Shown: positions 11,501 to 23,408 of the stretch, one piece after another
Numbering within the stretch: the first letter of the stretch is position 1
Layout: every line of letters begins with the position of its first letter
NCBI GenBank assembly: GCA_964036045.1
Contig: OZ038378.1
Coordinates: 17,546,001-17,610,000 of the forward strand
DNA: 64,000 bases
Direction: 5' to 3'
Source of the DNA: Eutreptiella sp. 'Long Island Sound 2002'
Taxonomy: Eukaryota > Protista > Euglenida
Notes under the pieces: model-generated
What the model saw: only the letters and a program-made list of their open reading frames with translations
The model's database searches: none
Told to the model about the DNA's origin: nothing
Position numbers and translations under genes: made by a program

Positions 11501-14500
11501 GCATCTGAAATGTGTCCTGTGGCTGGCTGCTCAACCCACGAAAAGTGTGAGCCAACCTGAGACAATGGACCGAGGGGTGGACCACCCCCACTGTTTGCCG
11601 ACCACGGGGATGCCATCAGGGCCATATCAGCGATGGGATTGCCTGCTCAGAGAGGCCAATGATCTCCAAGCATGAGCACTAGCCCGAGCACAAGCCATGC
11701 TGCCCCCCATCACCACACCAACCTCCTGTTTGTGGTTTCAGGGATGTATGGGACTTCCGCAATCATGACACAGAACCGAAAAGCCACTGCAGTCGCCATG
11801 AGAGGCACCCAAAGTGCCCAAGGTCTGATGCGGGTTGGGTTTAGGTTTGCGCTGTGACTGGGGCTGTGTTGTTGGGCAGAGCGGTGCCACCAGCCCCCGG
11901 GTGAAGCATACGCCAGAGCTGTGCCTTGGGCACGGTCAGAGCAACACGGAGGATCCTCTGCGAAAAGGCAACACACATGAATTCATTCAGATGCTTTCAT
12001 CAGCAATCTGTTCAACTCTTCAACCCCGCACTCAGCTGCGGCTGGTGTGAGCCCCGCCCGCTGCGAAGCTGCATTGTATTCCTGTGGTCAAGTAACGTCC
12101 AGAGCCCCAGGGTGGCCGGCTGTACCGGCCCATCGCCTCTACAACGGTCCGCCACCACGGTTGCCGGTTCCTTGAAGGTGGTGGACCGCTGGCTGCAGCG
12201 GGGTGCTGCTCCGGCACTGCACTCTTTCCTCCATCCCACCTCAATCCTGCCTCCAGTCCGCGGTTTTTCAAGGAGACAGGGACGGACTACCGCCCGGAGC
12301 ATGACCCGGGGGTCGGGAGTTGAGGTGGGAACCGCCAGAGCCGGCACCCGTGAACCCTGTGCGTTGAGAGAGCGGCGTGTAGGACTGAGGGGCCCCTGTG
12401 TCTTCCAGTCCACACTTCTTCTACCGCACATGTCCTGTTTTAGTGGTCCACGGTTTCGTCGCGCCGCGCCCGTCGACAGCGTACGCAGGTGTTTGTGCTC
12501 TTGTCTGTGCGCAGTGGGACGGTGCTGCTGTTGCGTATCGCTGCACCCAAAGCCCCTTGAACGTCATGTCGCTCAATCTGTTTGGCATGACCCCTTCCCG
12601 GGCCAGGCGTCACGCGAGCAAAAAAATCTTCCATGGTTTTTCTTGTTTGTTTTTCTAAACGCGTGAGTCACGCGAGCGCTCGTGTAACACACGGGGAAAA
12701 CGTTGTGAGTGTTTTTGCGCATGCAACAACGGAAAGCCATTCAAAAACATTTTTTCCCGTTGTCGGCGTTGGTCACAAACGGCGCTTTCCGCACTCTCGC
12801 CACTGTTTCATTGCAGTTGCAGATGTCGGACAGGCTCCTGTGCACCCCACAGACGATGTGCAATTCATGTCCGTGCTCGGCCCAAACCCTGTGGCCACAG
12901 AAATTCAGAAAGAATCCGTACACGGTATGCCACTCCGGCAGTGGGATCTCCGAAGGGGCAGGGGGAAGGGGGTCAATCGGGGTGTTTCCTTTTTCGCGCG
13001 ACTTTGGGTTTTACATAGCACACAACGCAGGTAACCGCCGGCGTTTGGTGCGGTTGGTGGTCAAGCGACGGTATTTGATGGTCCACTGACGGCGGTTGGC
13101 CTGTCACCTTCAACGCGGCGGGTGTTCTGGCGAGGCTCACTTGACCATTCATCAGCCACGACGCAAATCATTTTTGGGATGGAATTTTGTTGAAAACCTT
13201 TCGCTGATTCCCACGCAAAGTGATGGCGCTTCTCAGTTCTGGGTCCAGGTGATGCCCGGCGCCATGTCGGGAAGGGGTTCCGGATCTGCTCCATTGTCCA
13301 GGACGGGGACTGTGCCAAAGCACGGGGCCTGGACTGTGTAGGGACAGGGGTGACCTGGGCAGAGGGACAAACAATGCGGGTGCCTGATCGCCCGGTGTCA
13401 ACAACCCGAAGACACGAGTCACTGTGGAGTGTCGTGCTTTGTGGGGTGCGTGTTCGGGTGGCAGCCGACGCCGGTTGACCAGAAACCGAAAGGCAGTTTC
13501 TGGTCGTTCTGGGCATTCGAGTCCGGCAAAGTGCTTTTTCGTGGGCCTTAAGAACAGCCTTACGTCCGTTTGCTGCGGGGCATGGCAGTGCTTCGCTGCG
13601 AGTCCAGAGGTGTAGGGCCTGAGCAGGGGCGTTGGGAACTGTGCATTAGTGTGTGCTGGGGTCTGTGAAGAGGAGATCCACGTCTTGTAATGCCCAATTT
13701 AGAGGAAGTGATATGTCACATCAGGTTGGCCCCCGCACAAAGCGACATTGTGTCCAGACAAACCTTGGAGGGACACATCAGCCAACCCGAACCCAAAAAT
13801 AGAAATCACACGATCGTAATACCTCTTCTCTTGACGGGCGCATCTTTTTTCTGCACTGACAGATGCCACTGGTCCTGCTGGACCAAGACCCACCGATGAT
13901 GTTGACATGATGTCTGCCTTCGGCAAACCTCCAGCTGCGGACCTGATGGACAGTGCCCGAGGTATGACTGCTTCCTACTTTGCAGGGTACAAGGGTGCAT
14001 GGTCGCCAAAATCCTGGCGAGCAAGGCCGTTTGCCATACGTGAAGGAACATTTTTTACTATGGGGACGAAGATGGGAAAGTAGATTTGGCGCACAAACCA
14101 GGAACAGGGGGGCGGGGGGTGCAGGAAGTGTGATGAGTTGTACATGTTAATTACCGAGCTGGGTTTACCCTGTCGAGGTTTTACACCACCTTTTAGGGGC
14201 CAAGGCTGAGCAACACGTTTTAGCAAGCAGCAGCAGCAGCAAGCAGCAGCAGCAAGCAGCAGGCGCATAAAAAGTCCTTGCGACCACACCGCGGCTCAAA
14301 ACCGGCACCCAAGTAGCTCAAAACGACCGGGGAGCCAAGGCGCATCACCACAAACAACTTTGGTTGCATTTCGAGCCGTCTAGCCCGTTCTACGGCCGAT
14401 TTAGTGTCCAAAAATGGCCGTTTTTGGGCTGTTTTCGGCTGTTTTCAGGACGATCGTCCTGAAAGTTCAGGACGATCGCCGCTGCGCCAAGCAGGTGTTT

Positions 14501-17500
14501 CCGATGAGGGCCGTTGTTCTTTCATGGCGATTGGGCTATCAAACGATGGCAAATGGGTGTTCAATAAGGCGTGTACCACACCGTGGTGCCACGCGGTGGT
14601 CCATTTTGAGGTGAAAACGAGCCGTTTTTGAGCCGTGTTTCAGGACGATCGTCCTGACTGTGCAGGCAAATCTGCACAGCAAGCGGTCTTTCACCCGCAG
14701 TGATCTCCAAGGCGTTACGCAAGACTAGGACCCAGCTCGGTCCTAGTTCGAGTCTTGATTAGGCTCTTTGTATTTGTGGTGCACTGCAGCCAGCACACGA
14801 CACCCCACGACCACCGTTCTACCATCCTCTATTCCCCATGAGAAATGTCGAATGTTTCTAATCCATGAAGGCAACCTGTATGCCCGCTTACACTTTTTGG
14901 TGGCGGAGACGTTGGCTTTCTTGTCATCTCTAAGGCCCTTTATGATCATCTAAAACACCGACTGCCATTGGCTGCCATTGGGCTTGGGCTCCGAGAAAAC
15001 TGAAAAGGGCCCTGGGGGGCCCTTGGGGCCCCTTTTCTAGATCCCCCTCCCTTGGACAGGGGGCTGCAATGGCAGGCAGCCAATGGTGCCCCTGTTTTTC
15101 CCCAGTGCTAACAGGCGTTCCAAGGGTTGGGTGTTTTTGATGGAGGATCCTGTTTCCTGAATATCTATGGATAAACGCTGTACCTTCCTGAAGGCCTCCA
15201 CATGCCCCCCACTCCTTTGGATGGGGGGGGGGTGCAATGGCAGTTAGCCAATGAAGCCCCCTTTCTTGTACACCCACTATGCTAATATGGTTCCAAGGGT
15301 CTGCTATACCCTCGACATATGTGCATAGATGTTATTTCATGATCGTGCCTCGATGGATGCTGGTATTTTTCCTTTTTTTTGGCTGACTCGAAGTGTTTTG
15401 GCGCAAGTGCTCAAGAAAGTTCTTGGGGAGTGGGTGTCTCACTCATGAGATCCCCATGATGAATCCGGGCACTATGACATAGGCCCATAGCGTATGCGAT
15501 GGATAATGATATTTCTTGCACATCTCTAGGTGGATGAACTTCCTATCTAAAGGCTCTAGATGGATGTTGTTACTTCTCGGCGGGCTTTGGATGCATGTTG
15601 TGGTGTATTGTGATGCATGTTGTTATTCCCTGAAGACCTCTGCAAGCTTTCTATGGTTCTTGTCATTCCTTGGATGAGCACAATGGCTCGGCACATGTTG
15701 TTGTAGATTGCACAGCCTAGATGTGGGGTGCCTCTGCATTCCAGAATTCCTGGTACCGCCCAATCGGGGGCTCATACACATGCCATGGCCGCCTCAACAA
15801 GGACATGGCGATCTCACATTCTGAGAGGCAAGCAGCAGTGCACTAGTTGTCAACTGTCCATGGTGGTATTGGAGCAAGAAGTTGTCAATGCTGCTGCAAG
15901 GATGCACCAATAGGTCCTACAAAGAGGAACAAAGTCATCTCTGACACTCCTCATCGCCTCTTAGAGCACATAACACCATTCTCCACACGAAAGTAACGCC
16001 TATTGAATGAATTTGCAAACACATGACAAATGAAGGCACCCAATGTGGCCCAATCCTTAACAAACACCGGTGAATTGTGTCCTCATCTACATACAGGGGG
16101 AGGAGAATTTTCAGGTGGGGATAATTTCATGGGAAATTTTCGTGTTTCAGGAACGTGGCAAAATTTCCCATGGCGACATTTAGGGGTGTCGGCAGTGCAG
16201 TGAGGATTCCAATGGCACTGCATCCTGTGGGTCTGTAGTTTGGGCAAGTGTTTGGAACTGCAGATTCTTTCATATGTTCGGAACTAAAGCTGCTTTTAGT
16301 GGCCATTTGATTTGCAAACCTTTCTGTCTCTGAACAGGGCATGGGCTTGCACGTGAAGGTGTGCATGAGGCAGTTGGGAGCTTTGGGAATTTCCAAGGGT
16401 GGCGAAATTTTCCCACCACAAAATTGCCGCCAGGGAAATGATCCGTGCACAAAAATTTCCCTCTCTTTGTACAAAATAATGGTACTGTACATGTTGGCTG
16501 CTATGAGGCATCAACTGCTAGAGGCTGCAGCTTAGCAGGCATTGCAAGCAATTCTTTTTTGAAAGGGTGTCCATTGGAAAGCATCATAATGGGAGTAGAG
16601 TCCCTTTTTGTGGGGTGGAAGTGACTGTGGGCTGCGACGTTTTTTGCAGTGGACGTAGAATGGAGGGTCCAATTTGTAATCCACAAGCTCACTTCCTTAG
16701 ACGCCCGCATCCCTACATCAAACTGTTTCCGGATAATGCTACTCCACCCCAATCACCAGCCCACAGCCCCATTTCTTGCACCCCCCCCAATTCCGCCCGC
16801 TTTGCCCTGTTTTCGCTTGTCCAGCCCCCACCCCCCCCTTCTGCCATCCTGTTTCCCCACTCTCTCCCCGTTTCCCCCTGTCACCCCACATCATTTCTTG
16901 CTTTTAGCAACCAAACCCTTTGGTGCTAGCGACTAGGGAGGCCCAATTTAAAGTATACCAGGGCTAGAGGGCTGCCCCTTTTTGCCCCATGTGCCCTGAA
17001 GAGGGTTTTCAGCACCGGTGGTATGAACGTGTTGCAGGACTTGTGATGTTCCAGTGCGGTGCTGACATGGTTAGCCTGGGGATGACTGAGGGCTCTTTGT
17101 TTAGTGCCTTTAAACAGAATTGCCACCGGTGCCAATAATTTCTGGAGCGTTCTGCGGTCTGTAAGCCTATGTAGGCAGTTTTTTCCGGCATTCTGCCATC
17201 CCATTTCACTTGTACACAACCAATCGTGTGCAATGGTGTGAAGTAACGAGGTATGCGTGTGCGTAACCATGCGTCCATATGGGGGGCCAGCGTGCGTCAG
17301 CGTGCGCGCATCGCTACAGCCACAGGTCTTTTGATGTCTATTTCCTCTGTTTAGCTGTGTATCAAGCTACAATCTTTGTGTTTGCTTTGTGGGTTTGGCC
17401 CTTTTCGCGTCTGTGACAGGCGTACCATCACATGAGCCAACTCCACGCCAAAAACAGAAACAAAGCGATGTGATATCTGATCTCTTGACGGAAACATCCC

Positions 17501-18876
17501 TTTTCTCAACTGAGTTTGGTGCGTTTGCGTGATTCAGTATTTGGTGTGCACATGCATTGCTCTCGTGACACCTGCAGATGCCACTGGTCGACCACATAGA
17601 CCCACCGATGATGTTGACATGATGTCTGCCTTCGGCAAACCTCCAGCTGCGGACCTGATGGACGGTGCCCGAGGTATGACTGATCCATGCGTTGCGGGGT
17701 AGCGATGTGTGTGTTCAGGTGTTGTGTGCGTGAGTCGAGCACGTGTTTGTGACTGTGTGTGTCGCATTGTGTTGGTACCTCTGCTTCCTCCCCCGCATCC
17801 CAATGATCCCTCGGGCAAGAGACTGGCGGGCGACGGATGCCTCCCAGCCTCCCTGTCGCAAGCGGAGCCTTCACACGTGCGGTGGTGCACTAGTTCCTCA
17901 CCGTAGAGAGGGCCTCCGTAGGGGGAGGGCTGCGGGGCGCTGCGGGGGAGTGGGACGGTGTATCAGAGACGGGTGGTGAGGGATAGCGGGGCGTGACCCG
18001 ACCAGGCCTGGCCAGGGGTACAATCTCCGGGTGGGAAGAGTCCATGTGCGCAAGGAGCCAGCCTCCCACGCTCGCCTGGATGCAGGCGGGGTTGTGCCCG
18101 AGGGTGTCCAGCTCTGTGGCCCAGTCGCCCAGTGTACGGCTGACAGCATCCAGCCTGGTCTGGATCAACCCCCCTGCCGTGTCCACCAGGAATGCAGACG
18201 AGGAGAAGGGGCCGAACTGTCCGCTGCGAGCACAATCCCTGCATTGAAGGTGCCCACAAATGCAGCCTACAACCATGTCCCCCGGGAGGTTGCAGACAGA
18301 GCACGCCAGCGTCCAAGGGTGGGGCCGTCAATACAATCCTGATTTCCACGCAAGCCCCATGAGAGGGCCGAGAGTCACGCTACTTGACCCCGTACCGGTT
18401 GCAGGGCCTTGCGTACTGTGCGGTAGATGGGTACCTGGCCCAAGGTTGTAGTCCAGGGGTCATTGCGGGCTGCAGGTCCTGACCGGGGAGGGTGCACAAT
18501 TGACAATTAGGGACACCACCCACCCCTGGCGAAACAAGAGGGGGACAAGCACCTCGCTGCATGGGAGGCGGGGATCCCCCGATGGATAAGGTGCACGGTC
18601 CATGCACCACTGCTGTCGGTATCTACTGCCACGCGAGCCGCCGGGGCACACATTTGGTGCGTTTGCGTGATTCACTATTTGGTGTGCACATGCATTGCTC
18701 TCGTCACGTACGCAGATGCCACTGGTCCTGCTGGACCAAGACCACATAGACCCACCGATGATGTTGACATGATGTCTGCCTTCGGCAAACCTCCAGCTGC
18801 GGACCTGATGGACAGTGCCCGAGGTATGACTGATCCATGCGTTGCTGGGTAGCGATGTGTGTGTTCAGGTGCTCTA

Positions 18877-18925
<49 letters not shown>

Positions 18926-21900
18926 AAAGAGACGTGTCCGTCAAGAGAAGAGACATCACGATCATTTTGTTACTGGTTTTGGGTTGAAGCTGGCTGGTGT
19001 GCTCATATGCATGTCACACACGAGCACACAACATGCGTGCCACGAGTGCCACCGGAAACCACCTGCAACCGCCCTTACCCCTTTCAGGCACTCCAATCCA
19101 AAGGCACGTTCAGGACTCCTGTTCCGAGGGCGGAGGGGTGCACCGGACCCCCATTTTACAGAGGGCGGGGCTGGGAAGTGGGGTGTAACGCCTGGCGGCC
19201 TGAGTTGAGCGGTGAGCACGAGCACAGACCAGGTCACGACCTGGGGGGGGGGGGGGATGCGGGAGGGCTGAGACAGACCCAAAGGGCTCGTTGGAGGGTG
19301 GGGTTGAGGCCGTACATGTATGCCGTGAGCAAATCACCAGCTCACCTCGTGGACCCTTGACTGGCTTGTGGACGGGGGAAGAGACTGGCGGGCGACGGAT
19401 GCCTCCCAGCCTCCCTGTCGCAAGCGGAGCCTTCACACGTGTGGTGGTGCACTAGTTCCTCACCGTAGAGAGGGCCTCCGTAGGGGGAGGGCTGCGGGGC
19501 GCTGCGGGGGAGGGGGACGGTGTATCAGAGACGGGTGGTGAGGGATAGCGGGGCGTGACCCGACCAGGCCTGGCCAGGGGTACAATCTCCGGGTGGGAAG
19601 AGTCCATGTGCGCAAGGAGCCAGCCTCCCACGCTCGCCTGGATGCAGGCGGGGTTGTGCCCGAGGGTGTCCAGCTCTGTGGCCCAGTCGCCCAATGTACG
19701 GCTGACAGCATCCAGCCTGGTCTGGATCAACCCCCCTGCCGTGTCCACCAGGAATGCAGACGAGGAGAAGGGGCCGAACTGTCCGCTGCGAGCACAATCC
19801 CTGCATTGAAGGTGCCCACAAATGCAGCCTACAACCATGTCCCCCGGGAGGTTGCAGACAGAGCACGCCAGCGTCCAAGGGTGGGGCCGTCAATACAATC
19901 CTGATTTCCACGCAAGCCCCATGAGAGGGCCGAGAGTCACGCTACTTGACCCCGTACCGGTTGCAGGGCCTTGCGTACTGTGCGGTAGATGGGTACCTGG
20001 CCCAAGGTCGTAGTCCAGGGGTCATTGCGGGCTGCAGGTCCTGACCGGGGAGGGTGCACAATTGACAATTAGGGACACCACCCACCCCTGGCGACACAAG
20101 AGGGGGACAAGCACCTCGCTGCATGGGAGGCGGGGATCCCCCGATGGATAAGGTGCACGGTCCATGCACCACTGCTGTCGGTATCTACTGCCATGCGAGC
20201 CGCCGGGGCACACATTTGGTGCGTTTGCGTGATTCACTATTTGGTGTGCACATGCATTGCTCTCGTCACGTACGCAGATGCCACTGGTCCTGCTGGACCA
20301 AGACCACATAGACCCGGCGGTGATGTTGACATGATGTCTGCCTTTGGCAAACCTCCAGCTGCGGACCTGATGGACAGTGCCCGAGGTATGACTGATCCAT
20401 GCGTTGCCGGGTAGCGATGTGTGTGTTCAGGTGTTGTGTTCGTGAGTCGATCATGTGTTTGTGACTGTGTGTGTCACATTGTGTTGGTACCTCTGCTTCC
20501 TCCCCCGCATTCCAATGATCCCTCGGCTGCTGCACCTGTTGCACCCTTTTCCTCGCTTGTTCACTGGAAGCAGCGCACATCTCATCTTCCTGTGAAGCAC
20601 CGCCACAGGTCGATGTCGTGTGGTCTGACCACCACCCTCACGACCCGCTGGGTGGTCTGTGCCAATCTGCAGGGGGATGTTTTGGGGGGGGGGGTCACTT
20701 TTCTGCAGGCGCTTGTCGCAGGCGACTCCTGGCGCCATCACGGCGCCGAATCAGTGACAAGAGGGTGGTTTGACACACAAAACGGATGTGGACGCCTGAG
20801 CTGGATGTCCCGTCTGGCGATGGGCGCTAGGGCGAGTCGGATTGCGGAAACAAGGGACAGGAACCGGGGGCTAATGGACATGGCCATCAATCAGCCACTC
20901 TGAGGTCTGGAGGCACAGTAGCCGAAAAGAAACGTGTGTGGGATCTCCGTGTTGCGCCCTTCGCACGTTCAGATGGTCCTCATGACGATGACGCCGGGGA
21001 CGACCACGATGAGGATTGGATGTCGCGGATGCGCGACAAGAGAATCACGAGTATACCCGACCTGCCTGATGGTGTTGATATGATGTCTGCATTCGGGAGG
21101 CCTCCTGCTGCGGATTTGATGGATAGCGCTCGAGGTGCGCCAACCATACCACCCTTTGCCTCTACGGCTCATCTAAGATTCAGACTCCTGAGAGACTCCA
21201 CCTGTGTGTGTCAGTGTGTCAGTCTGTGTGTACATGAGAGAGAGAGAGAGAGAGTGAGGGTGTGTGTGAGAGTGTGTCAGTCTGTGTGTATGTGTGTGAG
21301 AGAGAGGGTGTGTGTGTTAGTGTCATGTTTGTGACTCGTTGCACCTTTGTGTAGTAGAGCTGGTGTATAGGCAACGGGCCTTAAAATGACCCCAACAGCT
21401 TTTTGTGGACAGATTTGTTTGCCCTCATGATGAACACCTCAAAACATCATCTGGTAGTCATTTTGCGGTATGGAGGGCCTACCTGTATTGCACACGGGGG
21501 AACGGTCTGGCCGCGACTTGTAGACCTCAGATTTGCAAATTGGAGGAGAGAAATGCGCTCTTTCGGGCCCATTGGCCTTTTGCACGGCACGTGTTATCAC
21601 TATGCCTGTTGCTTGTGCGCAACCCAGACATCCCCTCATGTGCACAGCACCGACAAAATACAAATGGACCTCAAAAACTAAAGCAGTAATGATCATCAGT
21701 TGTCAGGAGCTTAGGTAAGCCACAGCCAGTCCTGGCCAGGGAACAAGGGAAATCCGCAAACCAACGCAACGGGAGGGCCATGGCATGTGATTGCTTGATC
21801 GATTTCAGAACAACCATGACCATCACAATCCATTCGACCTGGACTTCGGCTTTCGTCATTGCTGACAGTGTTGCCGGTCTTCGTGGCGTGTTTCAGGCAT

Positions 21901-23367
21901 CTGCATGACACACCACACACTATGCGCTGGGGGCCGGTTGTAAGCGCTTCTCTGCCGTTTGTACCCTGTACAGCGGTTGTTCATTCTAACCCGATGCCCC
22001 TTTCTGTTGGTCTCTCTGGCTGTCCATGTCCAGACGTGTGGTTATAGCTGTGCATACCAATGAGCAGCAAGAGTGCACAACCGTGCGTTCATGATCTGCA
22101 CAACTATGGGCGACAGTGTGCCCCTTTACAGCAAGTTTTTTCTCGACTGGATGCCCTGTAAGTGCTGGCCACGTCCGATTGTGGTGTTCATTGGTATAAC
22201 ACCGGAGAGCTGCGTTCGGTAGACGCTTCAGGTATTTCCAGTGAAAAATCGCTTGAATCGGAACAATTTGACTGAAACATCAAGATTTTAACGCTGCTGA
22301 AACACACCATAAGAATTTTTATGCCACATGATCCCCAAAGTTGGTGCACATCCACTGTTCCATTACGCTGCCTTGTGGATGTGCCAACTGCTCCTTTTTG
22401 ACTTTTTCTATTGGGAAGTAGTCAAAATACTTTCAAATTTTTGTAGCATGTGTGCACTCGTTCCGGGGTTTCCTTTTGAAGCTCCTAGCGGAGTTGGCAT
22501 GTATAATTATAGAGGTTTTCGTTGCGTGAGAATTTAGTAGCCATCAATTTTTTCAGTACAAGTTTAGAACACGCTGGAACATGCCAATTTAGGACATTCC
22601 AGGGTTTCTGAGTTTGTGGGTGGGAGGTGTTGGTTGGCCTTTGCTTCTTTGTTGACCACCAGTTTTATGTCTCAAAAAGCACCCCAGTACAACAATTGAC
22701 AAGACTCCTCCTCCACTCCACTTGGCAGGTGCCCAAAACTCGCTAGACCCCACTTAATAGGGCAATGCGCCCTCTCATCACGCCACTTCGCTCAGTGGGG
22801 TGCTGACATGGTGATGCTGGACTAGGAATGACTGGGGTCTTAGTTCAGTCCCTTTAAACAGACATGCCACTGGCACCTATTTTTTCTCGGACCATCCGGC
22901 GGTCTGTAGGTAATTGTCTTGCAGGTTTTCCGGCATTTTTCAATTCCAAGTGTACAAGTGTACACAATTGTGCAACTGTGCGTAACTGTGTGAAGCAATT
23001 AGGTGCAAGTGTGCGTGACTGTGCATCCATGTGGTGCACAAGCGTGCATTGGCGTGCACACATGGCTATAATCACATGTCTGCCGCTGTATATTTCCTCT
23101 GTGTAGGTGTCAAGTTACGATCCTTGTGCATGCTTTGTGGGTTTGCTTGTTTCGTGTCTATCTTCTGAGTGGGTGTGCACATGCATTGCTCTCGTCACGT
23201 ACGCAGATGCCACTGGTCCTGCTGGATCAAGACCACATAGACCCACCGATGATGTTGACATGATGTCTGCCTTCGGCAAACCTCCAGCTGCGGACCTGAT
23301 GGACAGTGCCCGAGGTATGACTGATCCATGCGTTGCCGGGTAGCGATGTGTGTGTTCAGGTGCTCTA

Positions 23368-23408
<41 letters not shown>

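Larger units (their letters stand above)
17520..20520 (+). repeat. Tandem array A, block 1 (3 exon-A copies; periods 1138 and 1562 bp)
   Basis: Direct repeats; the ORF track repeats with the same offsets. Confidence 0.9.

Noticed and set aside
13871-13886. Conserved hairpin TGGTCC-N4-GGACCA upstream of each motif as an RNA-processing signal
   Set aside because: Explained by Gly-Pro-x-Gly-Pro codons (GGT CCN NNN GGA CCN) inside the exon, and imperfect in B2 and C.
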